Below, one piece after another: positions 52,629 to 64,000 of a DNA stretch of 64,000 nucleotides (positions are counted from its first letter, which is position 1; every line of letters starts with the position of its first letter). The DNA lies in assembly GCF_963676685.1 (NCBI RefSeq), contig NC_092355.1, positions 48,360,001 through 48,424,000 on the forward strand, given 5' to 3'. Under the pieces are notes generated by a model that worked only from the letters and a program-made list of their open reading frames with translations, was not told the origin of the DNA and did no database searches. This stretch comes from Mytilus edulis. Lineage: Eukaryota. Made by a program: the position numbers and the translations under genes.

Positions 52629-55424
52629 AGATATATACAAACACAGAACCTTTTAGAAATACAGACACAAGTGCAATTTGAGCAGGAGCTCTTGACAATT
52701 CAACAATCCTATTGGCTATGTGAAACATAACATTTGAATGAATATCAATGATTACATGTTTGTTTTATTGTTGAATGGAAACTTATAGTCAATAAATATA
52801 AAATAATGTATTATTACTTTAAAATATATTTGAGATCTTGCCTGTTGAGTGTGGACCATGAATGTGACCTGAACACATTTAATAAATAAATACTGGGTGT
52901 ATACACAAGAACAACTGACCACATTAACTTTCAATCATATTTTTACTCTTATAATATTTATGAAAAATTACTTTCATTTGATTAATTTCTGGAGAAATTT
53001 GGTGTGGATTTAAGTGGAGTAGGGGGTGTTTTAGAAATATTCCATTTCACTTTAAAATCTTTTTAGAAACTCCACCACTTTTATAGATATTTTAACCATG
53101 CATGTTTCTATTAACCATTTAACTATAATAACATGTAATATAGACATGAATAAGAGTTCCTCATACAGTCTTTAACAAATATGAATACATCATGTACATT
53201 ATGTCAAGCTCATATCATATTGAGCAGGAGTCTCTTGAAGTTGTGAATAGAACAAAAATAATCAAAGATCTGTTATATTTGGAAGTGCCTGCAGAGAGCA
53301 TTTATGCAATTTTTTTATTCTGGCAAAACCTGGTTAATCTATTAAAATTCTTGATGGTTAACAATCATGTAGATTGGACTTTTGATGGATATTTATAGTT
53401 GTCATGTAAGCTATCATACCACATCTCTGCATTTTTTTCCTCACCTGAAAAGAAAGTTGAGTCCAGAGTAACTACCTGGTGGCGCTATAAATCATTTGTA
53501 TAAAGCTTTAAATTTCAGAAGGCAGAAGACCAGAATACATCATAGCTTGGAAGCATACGCCTTATGATACAAAGTTTCCGTCTGTCATGTATGTCCATTG
53601 TTCTTCTTGACCTCATTTTCATGGTTCACTGCTTGAAAAAAGTATAGATTTTGGTCATGTGAATTATCATACTCACTTATTATGTGTAATAGTATAACTA
53701 TATTTGATAATTTTGGATCCTTGCAAGGTTGTCAGGTCTGTCAGTGAGGTTTAGACCATTTCATGGGTCAGTGATTGAGGTTATGGTAGATTTCTTCAAA
53801 GATACTACATGTATAATTAATAGTTTAACTTTATATGGTTTGCAAAACAATTTGAAGGTTTACACATTTATCTGACCTTGATCTCACTTCAATGTCCATT
53901 AGTATCAAGTTTTGGTGGTTTTGTATGTTTCTTAGATAATATTAGAAATAAATCAGTTGAATTTGGTTGATGACCTGTCTGGCAGGTTTCATCTGACCTT
54001 AAGCTTTTTCCATGGTTCATTGGACAATAGTTTTAAGTTGTGGTGGTCTGGTCAATTCTCAGATACTAAATGAAGTACAGACACTGACTATATTTGGTGT
54101 ATGGAATGAATGAAAGGTTTCATGTTATCTATCAGCATGATCAGGTTTTATGTGGCCTTGACCCAATTTTCTTGGTATTATACACATGTTAGTTTTCATG
54201 GTTGGTCAGTTTATCAGATGAAACAAGTATTCTTTTGGGTATTTCATGGCAAAACATAGTTCCCTACCAGTTAAAAATTCATTGTATGTGTATATAGTTC
54301 AACTTGATATATAACTTGTCATGGTGTTAATTATACAACAAGTATCAGGTCAATATCTTTAACAAAAAGCCGGAAAAAAATTCGAAATTAATCTGTAACT
54401 TGTCATGATAAAACCATACATCAAATATCAAATCAATATCTGGAAACAAATAGAAAAAAGTGTGGAAATCTGATTTGCTAACTGACAGATGGACAGACGA
54501 ACAGACAGTCAGAGTGCAAACCTTAGGTCCATTTTGACTTCGTCGTTAGGGGGACTAACTATATTTGGTGTATTGATTGAGGTAAGGTGTATATGCCTGG
54601 TTTGGTAGACCTTGACCTCATGTATTTGGTAATGTAAAATTTGTGATACATGTACAAAGACTTAAGTTAAATATAAGTTCAATCAAAGGCACAAGGGGAG
54701 GAAACTCTGGATCATTTTGAAATAAGGCCTAACAGTTAGTAGTTAGAAAGGTCACTTTGACTTTTGTAAAGCTCTAGTTATCAATTGTCAACTTCCTTTC
54801 GGACTAATATTATGGCCCTTAATTGCCTCAGTTGGTGTTTAGCATGTGCATATTAAAATTATACAGGTATGCACTCATTTCACTTTCCATGCTCATAAAA
54901 CACAATCTTACCTCACTGAGAATGAGATAATAAAATTGAGAATGGAAATGGGGAATGTGCCAAAGAGACAACAACCTGACCATAGAAAAAAACAACAGTA
55001 GAAGGTCACCAATAGGTCTTCAATGTAGCGAGAAATTCCCGCACCCGGAGGCGTCCTTCAACTGGCCCCTAAACAAATATATACTAGTTCAGTGATAATG
55101 AACGCCATACTAATTTCCAAATTGTACACAATTAAAATAATACAAGACTAACAAAGGCCAGAGGCTCCTGACTTGGGACAGGCGGGGTTAAACATGTTTG
55201 TGAGATCTCAACCCTCCCCCTATACCTCTAGCCAATGTAGAAAAGTAAACGCATAACAATACGCACATTAAAATTCAGTTCAAGAGAAGTCCGAGTCTGA
55301 TATCAGAAGATGTAACCAAAGAAAATAAACAAAATGACAATAATACATAAATAACAACAGACTACTAGCAGTTAACTGACATGCCAGCTCTAGACTTCAA
55401 TTAAACTGACTGAAAGATTAAGAT

Positions 55425-55490
55425 TTCATCATATGAACATCAGGCACAATCCTTCCCGTTAGGGGTTTAGTATCATACCATCATAATATA
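55425..55490 (-). promoter_or_regulatory. Type II SECIS element of the Naiad 3' UTR; 5' arm of helix I displaced to about 57956-57968 by the LTR insertion
   Basis: Minus strand: ATGAT-GGTATGATACT-AAA-CCC(CTAAC)GGG-A-AGGATTGTGCC-TGAT. AUGA/UGA core, 11-bp helix II (10 of 11 pair, 3 G-U), apical AAA with mini-stem; helix I TCATAT/ATATGA is restored when the insertion is removed. Confidence 0.88.
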
Positions 55491-57955
55491 TGTAACCGAA
55501 GGGGCGTGGTTACGGGGTCATGATTTTATTCGTAAAATCATTAGAAAAACTATTACGCTATGAAAGTCACCAATATCAGGAACTAGTTGTTGCAGTTCAC
55601 AAAAATCCAACACATTCAAGTCATATAATTTAATTCCAAGCCAAAAATCTAGTATAACATATACAAAGGATAACGTCAACACAATATGACTCCTACTGTA
55701 TCTAATGGATCTTACTATTTCTCAGTATATTCTTTTTCAACTAAATTTACAAAGTTTACAATAAGTATTTATACTAGATATCAAAAATAGACAATACTCA
55801 ATTAACATGACAATACTCAAATTAAAAATGACATTTCAAAACTTTAATCTATAAGTGACAGCATTCACATTAATTAATACAAAAGATAATTATAATTTAT
55901 AATACTCATATAATCTCATTCTTTCAATAATTTTCACACCTTTAGTATGAATTAATGTCTTTCATATTAATTTCTGTAACTCAATAAATCTGTCTCAAAT
56001 ATTTGAAAATCATATGTCACTAATTAAGATTAACACATTATTTGTCTATACATGTAAATATTTAAATTTGTAAAATAATATCTTTTCTAAAAGTTCAATT
56101 TCTAAATAAATAATAAAATAAAAATTAAGTCCAAATTAGCCTGGTGACAAATGGCTCCTCCTCAACAAATAACACGTCCTCGTGTTAATAAAAGTTAATA
56201 AAAACGTCCTCTATTGTTCCTACTGTTATAATTAGAATTAAAAGATTGTCTTTGATTGTAACCATTCACTGGTTGATGCCACATCTGCTGTTGCGGTTGT
56301 TGTTGGTTTTGTTGTTGCTGTTGTTGTTGGTTTTGAAATTGTCTTATCTGCATTTCAAGCTGTACTATTTTTATTTCATATTTTTCTCTTTCTTCTTTTC
56401 TGCCCATTGTTGAATCTTTAAATAAATCTAATGTTTTTTGTAGTTGATCATAATCTAGTTGAAGTTCTAAATATATCGGATGTCTTTTCACTATTTCATT
56501 GTACTCTACATCAATTTTGCTTTTCTCCAAATATTGTTGTTTCTTAAAATCATTACTCACTGTAATTATCCTTAAATTTTCAGTCCTTAAGAATTCATTT
56601 TGCCAATAAAGATCATTAATATTTAGGTTGTCTGGTGTTGATTTAAATTTATCCAATTCTTCTCGAAATTCCTCATTTTGTTTAACATAAAGTTGAGCTC
56701 TTTCCCACATTGTATGCAATTGTTCTTTTAGGTTGCTTATTTCCTCATCTTTCATATTATGTTGATCCTTAATTTTTTCACCATTGATATTTTTCTCCTT
56801 TAATTTTTCTTTTACCCTTTTTAGTTCCACTTTAACTGAATGATTTGTTTGTAAAACACTTACGAAGGCTGCATTTCTGATATTAGAAAATGGCAATTCA
56901 AACATTGGCTGTTTTCTGTCCATATGTTGAATCCATCTTGATCTATCCCGTTCTGTTCTTCTTTTACTTTTCACTTTGGTTTTCTTTATTGTTGTTTGTT
57001 GTTCTTTTGCTTTCAAAGACGGTATACGAGCAAAACACATTCTTGCATAATGTCCCTTTTTTCCACATTTGAAACACATTTTAGAATTAGCAAAACAAAT
57101 TCTGTTATGTAATATTCCACATTTGCCACACACGCGTCTTTGACTAGGAAAGTTCCAGAGTCTCCATTGAGGTCTTAAATTAATATCCATGTTGTTAGAT
57201 TTGTTGATGAAACTGGGAACACTCACTTGCTGCTATTAAAGGTACTGGAATCGTTGTTGAGCATAGAAGTCAACGTGCCCGGGTCCTCCACCATAATGTA
57301 ACCGAAGGGGCGTGGTTACGGGGTCATGATTTTATTCGTAAAATCATTAGAAAAACTATTACGCTATGAAAGTCACCAATATCAGGAACTAGTTGTTGCA
57401 GTTCACAAAAATCCAACACATTCAAGTCATATAATTTAATTCCAAGCCAAAAATCTAGTATAACATATACAAAGGATAACGTCAACACAATATGACTCCT
57501 ACTGTATCTAATGGATCTTACTATTTCTCAGTATATTCTTTTTCAACTAAATTTACAAAGTTTACAATAAGTATTTATACTAGATATCAAAAATAGACAA
57601 TACTCAATTAACATGACAATACTCAAATTAAAAATGACATTTCAAAACTTTAATCTATAAGTGACAGCATTCACATTAATTAATACATAAGATAATTATA
57701 ATTTATAATACTCATATAATCTCATTCTTTCAATAATTTTCACACCTTTAGTATGAATTAATGTCTTTCATATTAATTTCTGTAACTCAATAAATCTGTC
57801 TCAAATATTTGAAAATCATATGTCACTAATTAAGATTAACACATTATTTGTCTATACATGTAAATATTTAAATTTGTAAAATAATATCTTTTCTAAAAGT
57901 TCAATTTCTAAATAAATAATAAAATAAAAATTAAGTCCAAATTAGCCTGGTGACA
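55491..57955 (-). mobile_element. 2465-bp non-autonomous LTR retrotransposon (Gypsy-like); LTRs 55491-56149 and 57297-57955
   Basis: Two 659-bp TG..CA LTRs with one difference seen by eye; TATA TSD; PBS TGGTGGAGGACCCGGGCA (57293-57276, tRNA-Ala-like); purine tract GAGGAGGAG (56163-56155); AATAAA about 35 nt from the LTR 3' end; no pol. Confidence 0.95.
56195..57190 (-). CDS. Zinc-knuckle / coiled-coil / Q-N-rich protein (331 aa from the first ATG), sole ORF of the LTR element
   Basis: Intact ORF filling almost the whole internal region; CGKCGILHNRIC-x6-CFKCGKKGHYARMC near the N-terminus, basic patch, long E/K/Q-rich helical region, tail QNQQQQQQQNQQQPQQQ..NSNYNSRNNRGRFY. Confidence 0.85.
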   Translation of the reverse strand: MDINLRPQWRLWNFPSQRRVCGKCGILHNRICFANSKMCFKCGKKGHYARMCFARIPSLKAKEQQTTIKKTKVKSKRRTERDRSRWIQHMDRKQPMFELPFSNIRNAAFVSVLQTNHSVKVELKRVKEKLKEKNINGEKIKDQHNMKDEEISNLKEQLHTMWERAQLYVKQNEEFREELDKFKSTPDNLNINDLYWQNEFLRTENLRIITVSNDFKKQQYLEKSKIDVEYNEIVKRHPIYLELQLDYDQLQKTLDLFKDSTMGRKEEREKYEIKIVQLEMQIRQFQNQQQQQQQNQQQPQQQMWHQPVNGYNQRQSFNSNYNSRNNRGRFY

Positions 57956-58014
57956 TATATATGAGAAGAACATAACCCGTGTCATGCCAACAACTGGTTT
58001 TTGAATAAATGTGT

Positions 58015-61000
58015 TTAGTTCCGATGCAAAGACCCTATAAGTGAATCAATATTAACGCCAAAATATGCAATCTTTAATGACCTGACAACAGTATCGTAAC
58101 TATATCCCTTCTTAATAAGTCTATTCAAAGGTTTTGTTAGTTTTTGAGGTGAATACTGTCACCTTTGTGCTTTATAAAGAATATTTCCATAAAAAATTGG
58201 ATGTGAAATACCTGAACGTATAAGAAGTCTGCATGTTGAGCTATATTTACGAATGATGTCCTTATACTGATGATAAAATTTAGTAAATGTTTTGACTAGT
58301 TTGTGATATCGAAAACCCTGGTGTAATAATTTTTCAGTAATACATAAATTTCTCTCGTTAAAATCTAAAACATTGTTACATACACGAGCGAATCGTACAA
58401 GTTGAGATATATAAACACCGTAAGATGGTGACAAGGGAACGTCACCATCTAAAAATGGATAATTAACGATAGGAAATGAAAAATCATCTCTTTTATCATA
58501 AATTTTAGTATTCAGCTTTCCGTTAGTAATATAGATATCAAGTTCGAGGAAAGGGCAGTGGTCATTGTTAGTATTAGCTTTATTTAAAGTAAGTTCAACA
58601 GGATAACTTTCTTTAATATACATACTGAAGTCGTCATTATTGAGAGCCAAAATATCATCCAAATATCTAAAAGTATTATTAAATTTGTTTATCAGATGTT
58701 GTTTCGATGGGTCTTTGCTTATTTTTGTCATAAATTGTAACTCATAGCAATACAAAAACAGGTCCGCAATAAGTGGTGCACAGTTAGTCCCCATTGGAAT
58801 TCCGATAATCTGACGATATACGAAATCCCCAAAGCGAACAAAAATGTTATCTAGTAAAAATTCAAGGGCATATATAGTATCAAAGCATGTCCAATTGACA
58901 TAGTTTTTTTGTTTATTGCTACTAAAAAATGACCTAAAAGAGTTTGAACATATATATTCACATTCTGACTTTTTAAATGCCCATTTAATTAGGTGTGTGA
59001 ATTTTTTCTTAATGAGAATGTGAGGCAATGTGGTATACAGGGTAGAAAAATCAAAACTTTGAACAGATTTAAAATCACCAATATATAAGCATGCAATTTA
59101 TCAAGTACTTCCAACGAGTTCTTGACACTCCAAAAGTAATTAATTCCACTATTTTCGAAGGCCTTATTTGAACAATTTATTATCAGGTTTTTAATTGTAC
59201 CAAGTGTGCTGGTAAGAAGAATAGACAATTTAGTAGTGGAACAATGGCTTGAAGACGAAATAAATCTATATTTGTAAGGTGTTTTGTGTAGCTTCGGAAG
59301 CCAGGACATAGTTGGGACTTTCATTGTATTTGGCTCTGCTTGTAAAGCGGTAGCTAAAAGTTTATGTATGTTACAGATGTCGTTTTCTGAAAATGGAGTC
59401 AGTTGGAATGTTGGTGAATTGGTGATTTCTTTTTTCAGAACCTCAATGTAAAATTTACGTCAAACAATAATAATATTAATAGCAGCTTTATCGGCCAGGA
59501 CAAAAACAAATTTCTTGGCTAGTTCTTTTAGTTTATGTTTGAAACAAGAAATAGGTTTTTTGTGGTTATTGTTAATAGTAAAATGTTCTTTAAAATGTTG
59601 AATACGTATATCAACTATCTTCATTACTGAAATAAAAAAAGAGTCCAAAGATTTTTTGTCAGCTTTTTCCCGTTTTATCCATTTTATACAGTAAGTATGG
59701 AGTGAGTCGACTTAGAAATGGATGAAAATAAATATAAATACAAATCAAAACATCGGTATTCAGATGTGATCAAAACAAGATCTTCATCTGGTGCAAGAAA
59801 TGTTTTACTTAAAAATGGAAATAACACTTTATAAATTTCGAACGTCCGGAACGCTTTTCTAAATTTAATCTCATCGGGGACGCTCACATCTAAACATTAG
59901 AGATCCAGTGATTAATAGATACGTAGAAACGTTACTGTAGAGGCGGATTAAGAGAGTGCGCCCCCCCCTTTTCTAGGAAAAATTTGGTTGATTGTATAGG
60001 AAATCACGGAAGCGTGAACGGAGCGGGTCCCCTCTTAGACAGTAAGTGGACCCCCATTTCTGGAATCGCCACTTCAACTTAGGACCTACATTACAATTGA
60101 AACAGAAAAAGACGAGTTTGATATGGAAACTAAATGTCAGAAAAAATTGTCCAGAAAAAAAACCCATAGCCCCCCCCCCCCCCCCCCCCCAGGAAATCAA
60201 ATGGTTGCTGCCTAAGACAATCTTTTGTTTCATTTTTTTTTTTTTTTTTAATTTCTAGCATGAGGCATTTGCCTCAATGTAGTTACGGCCCTGGTCGTGG
60301 ATGATATCACGACAATCATTCCAATTAATAATTCACGGGGGATGATATTTAGGTCCTTTACTGAGGAATGATTTTAACTCTCGGTCTTGAACGATGTTAT
60401 TAAGATCTCCTGTTATAACATGGGAAATGGGTCCATTAAATATATTCGGAGGTACTACAATTACATGAAGTAGGTGTATTTTCACTGATATTAACATCTT
60501 TACACAGTTGACTATAATTAAACACAAATTTTCGGGTAGATTTCTTGTAAATGTGACAAATAAGAGGTAGCTCAGTATTGTCAAAATATCCAGGAATTTG
60601 TTCTTTAACAGAATGGTCGTTAAATATACTGGCAATATTTACAAAATCAAAACCTTTATTGACATACTTTATTTTAATAAAATGTTTTTTATGATCTTCA
60701 GGGCGATCAATTTTGGGAAATAGTTTAGAATAACAATATGCCATAATAATTTGAACAATTTCATACTTAGGACTGCTATATGAAATTGTGTTGCAATCCT
60801 CCAAAATTTTATTTAACTTATTAACCGGTAATGAACAGAGTTTTGTTAACAGATAATGTCTGCCGTTGTTTTTTGAAATAGAAATTAGGTCAGAAATATT
60901 GGTATGATTGGTCCGAAATTTTCTTTGATTGCCATTTGTCCTACGACCGTGAGAACGGTTTTTACGAACAGTTTTAGAAACTATATCCAAAATGTTAACG

Positions 61001-61520
61001 GAATCGGTTCTAGATATATTACAAATTCCCATGATATTATTATTAAGACCGAGAGGGTAGACTGTCTGTAATTTTTTAATCCAATTTAATTCAATTATTT
61101 TCCGTGATCGTACAAACTTTGAATGAGATTCACCAGGCTGCTTATTTACTACTTCTAAAGGTTGAACTGCTAAATATTTAAAAGGATGGTTGTGCTTCTT
61201 AAGGTGTTGGTAAATGATACTTTTGAATTTATTGGGTCTTTTAAAACGATACAGATGTTCTTGAGTGCGTTTAGATAAATATCCTCCAGTTTCTCCTACG
61301 TACTGAATACCACATCCCGGTTTGTTTCATGTGAGTAAATAAATAATACTGTTTGTTTTTCAAGTTATATCAGTTTCAAAATTCAAAGAAAATGTGCGAC
61401 CATTAAACGTGGACCTAACTGTATTGTTGGTGGAAAGACGGGGACATGTAAGTCATTTTTTGGCATGACACTTATCGATAGAAGGGTAACCAGGATTTTT
61501 ATTGTTAAAAATGTTAGTGA
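58015..61520 (-). pseudogene. Naiad EN-RT ORF, predicted selenoprotein; TGA at 61455-61453, 61362-61360, 61329-61327, 59462-59460, 58161-58159; terminal TAA 58017-58015
   Basis: Frame continues through each TGA: KCHAKK*LTCP, DIT*KTNSIIYLLT*NKPGCG, DKAAINIIIV*RKFY, YKAQR*QYSPQKLTKPLNRLIKKGY. Also frameshifts near 60438 and 59085, one TGA at a non-Cys site (60335-60333) and an insertion at 59710-60293. Start codon not resolved. Confidence 0.85.
59710..60293. mobile_element. Composite repeat insertion interrupting the Naiad ORF
   Basis: ORF reads ..CRDIIHD/SLHTYCIKW.. across it; gtcg is repeated at 59706-59709 and 60294-60297; one end is a CAGGGCCGTAAC-type terminus. Confidence 0.7.
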
Positions 61521-61967
61521 TAAACCTTTTTTTTAAACAAAGCAAACAAATAAAATTGAGAATGGAAATGGGGAATGTGCCAAAGAGACAACAACCCGAC
61601 CATAGAAAAAAACAACAGCAGAAGGTCACCAGCAGTCTTCAATGTAGCGAGAAATTCCTGCACCCGGAATAGTCCACCTTTAAAATTTCCAACCCAAGCA
61701 TAAATACAAAGAAAACATATGCATATAATATTTGATTTTATTCAAAATAAGAATACCTATATATTCTTTAACACAACAAATTATCATTCAAACTTGTAAG
61801 GAACATCTTATTATACATGTATGTGCATGTACTTTTACAACCAATTTGAGTAACATTAATATAAATAAATCTAATTAAAACATTCAATCATTCAGTAGAA
61901 GTCTGTTCACATAATCCTTTTATCAACAATGAAATTAATGTAAAATTTCTAAAGGACAATAGTATTA

Positions 61968-64000
61968 GGGTGCAATCAACAGTTTTTTACGTGACGTCAT
62001 TCTGTAACAGGGCATGTAATAGTGGACCCATCATGCAGAAGTCAGATATTCAAAGTTATATAGATATCTATACATCAATGGAAAGATAATTCTATGAACT
62101 TTCTGATTAAATAAAAAAAAATCCAACATCTCTTGTTTAAACATGCAAATTGGTACAAGTTATCAGCTGGAAATTAGGCATTTTCCCCCTAAAAAAACTT
62201 AAAAACAGACCACCTTTGGACACACGGATCAGTAACCTGTGCATATATTTGAGATTTCTTATAATATGTATTTCGAAGAGCTTATCCGGCTGATTTAAGA
62301 AAATGTAGTTTCAGCCTACGTTCGCCTGCTCCGAAAGGAGCTATCTTACCTGACAAATCAAAGTGCTTTTTGCAACAGGTGAAAATCAGCTGTTTATGGA
62401 GTTGCCTCCCATATAGTAGGAAGTCACAAAAACATTTTTTTTTTTTTAAATCTTGACAAAAGTGGCATTTTAATTGAACTTCAATATATGTTTTTCACAT
62501 TGAACATAAAAAACAATCAACTTTTTCATTTAGTGGTATATAAATAGCAGGGAATTCCATCAGTATGTAAATCTCACTGGGGAAATACCCCTAGTTTTTA
62601 GTACGAAACTGTTTATAGCACCCTTAAGCAAAACCTTGTATGCGATATATAAAAAATTCTCAGCTTTTCTGAATCTGTACACTATACCGATTAAAATGAT
62701 GTCTTACTTTAAGGATTGTGACCACAAATAGTGAAACTACAGCTCTTTTTTTATGTCGCGCGGTAGAGGCATATTGGCCAGTGGCAAACAGTTTAACTGG
62801 CAAATCCCAAACATTTCCTGTATCACATTTTCATCAGTTTTACAAAGAAAATAAATCATAAAATAGGGTTTCTTTTAAATAAATAGAATAAAAACTATGA
62901 AATAGGCATGAATAAAGTTACTTTAAATAGATTTTGTTCCTAGTACTATATGAACTAAGTTATAGCTGAGTTGAGAAAATATTGAAATAGTGTTTTTCTT
63001 AGGAATGGCATGTGTACCTTTTTGACTATAAAAAGTACCAAATATATATTATAATGAATAAAACTTTATGTAACACTGATCAGGAGTAAAGGTCAAAGTA
63101 GAAAAAATCTACACTTTTCATATGCAACTTTTGGTTCCAAATATATGAGGGATTGAATAAAAATATCATGACGTCGCAAAAAATTAAAAAACTTCAATAT
63201 TCGCACAGAGTCTGGTTTTCTTATATCTGGTTGCTATGTACAAATCTGTAATATTTGCATTAAATATACCAAACTGATGCTTTTAAATTAATGTATACAT
63301 GCCGTACAATATTTTTCAGAATTATTTTACTCCATTCGCAAACACATGTCTATGCTAAAACATCACTAATATTTTGTATTTGTCCCTTAAGGGTGCAATC
63401 AACAGTTTTTTACGTGACGTCATTCTGTAACAGGGCATGTAATAGTGGACCCATCATGCAGAAGTCAGATATTCATAGTTATATAGATATCTATACATCA
63501 ATGGAAAGATAATTCTATGAACTTTCTGATTAAATAAAAAAAAATCCAACATCTCTTGTTTAAACATGCAAATTGGTACAAGTTATCAGCTGGAAATTAG
63601 GCATTTTCCCCCTAAAAAAACATAAAAACAGACCACCTTTGGACACACGGATCAGTAACCTGTGCATATATTTGAGATTTCTTATAATATGTATTTCGAA
63701 GAGCTTATCCGGCTGATTTAAGAAAATGTAGTTTCAGCCTACGTTCGCCTGCTCCGAAAGGAGCTATCTTACCTGACAAATCAAAGTGCTTTTTGCAACA
63801 GGTGAAAATCAGCTGTTTATGGAGTTGCCTCCCATATAGTAGGAAGTCACAAAAACATTTTTTTTTTTTTAAATCTTGACAAAAGTGGCATTTTAATTGA
63901 ACTTCAATATATGTTTTTCACATTGAACATAAAAAACAATCAACTTTTTCATTTAGTGGTATATAAATAGCAGGGAATTCCATCAGTATGTAAATCTCAC
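61968..64000. mobile_element. KolobokP-like non-autonomous DNA transposon: 656-bp long direct repeat (61968-62623), TTAA, internal region, TTAA, second repeat from 63391 past the window edge
   Basis: Copies differ at about 2 positions seen in 610 bp; the first has its own TIRs gggtgcaatcaacagttt / aaactgtttatagcaccc; TTAA at 62624-62627 and 63387-63390. Confidence 0.75.

Larger units (their letters stand above)
54929..61668 (-). mobile_element. Naiad-type Penelope-like retroelement (N-terminal GIY-YIG, CxC, C-terminal RT) with pseudo-LTRs; decayed copy with two insertions
   Basis: SIIYLLT..CGIQYVGETG..R..EH..H..E.NWIKKLQTVYPLGLN endonuclease (about 61350-61040); SCNCS CxC; GPKY, DKAA.N, WLPKLHK.PYKYRFI, FDFSTLYT, GIPMGTNCAPLIADLFL, RYLDD RT motifs; about 120-bp direct repeat 54929-55049 / 61549-61668. 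Confidence 0.95.

Noticed and set aside
52626-55490. POLR2K TGA stop being recoded by the nearby SECIS
   Set aside because: The SECIS is on the opposite strand and beyond the POLR2K poly(A) signal; FDAR is the normal C-terminus.
56150-56165. TGGCTCCTCC after the left LTR as a plus-strand PBS
   Set aside because: The ORF, the 18-nt tRNA-Ala-like PBS and the LTR AATAAA all indicate minus orientation; this is the complement of the purine tract.
60333-60335. Sixth in-frame TGA in the Naiad ORF (GPKYHPP*IINW) as selenocysteine
   Set aside because: Not a recognisable Cys position; more simply a TCA>TGA nonsense change in a decayed copy.

Overview
AT-rich, intron-containing animal DNA; the repeat landscape suggests a bivalve, probably a Mytilus-like mussel (inference). 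Host genes I could splice by hand: MCM3 exon 1 (-) head-to-head with a complete 6-exon TSEN34 (+); an intronless, disrupted B-box/coiled-coil/NHL TRIM-like gene nested antisense in TSEN34 intron 3; and a complete Emi1/Emi2-family F-box gene (FBXO5/FBXO43, -) head-to-head with POLR2K (+), which has a U12-type intron. The apparent MCM3 intron 1 contains a divergent pair of unannotated spliced ORFs, one transposase-like. The main finding is at 54.9-61.7 kb: a Naiad-type Penelope-like retroelement (GIY-YIG, CxC, RT) with five in-frame TGA codons at apparent cysteine positions and a canonical type II SECIS in its 3' UTR, i.e. a selenoprotein-encoding retroelement. A very young 2.5-kb LTR element has inserted into that SECIS; it encodes only a zinc-knuckle/coiled-coil/Q-N-rich protein. 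The window ends in a KolobokP-like element with long direct repeats. MITEs, Helentron-like elements and minisatellites fill the introns. All alignments and folds were done by eye.
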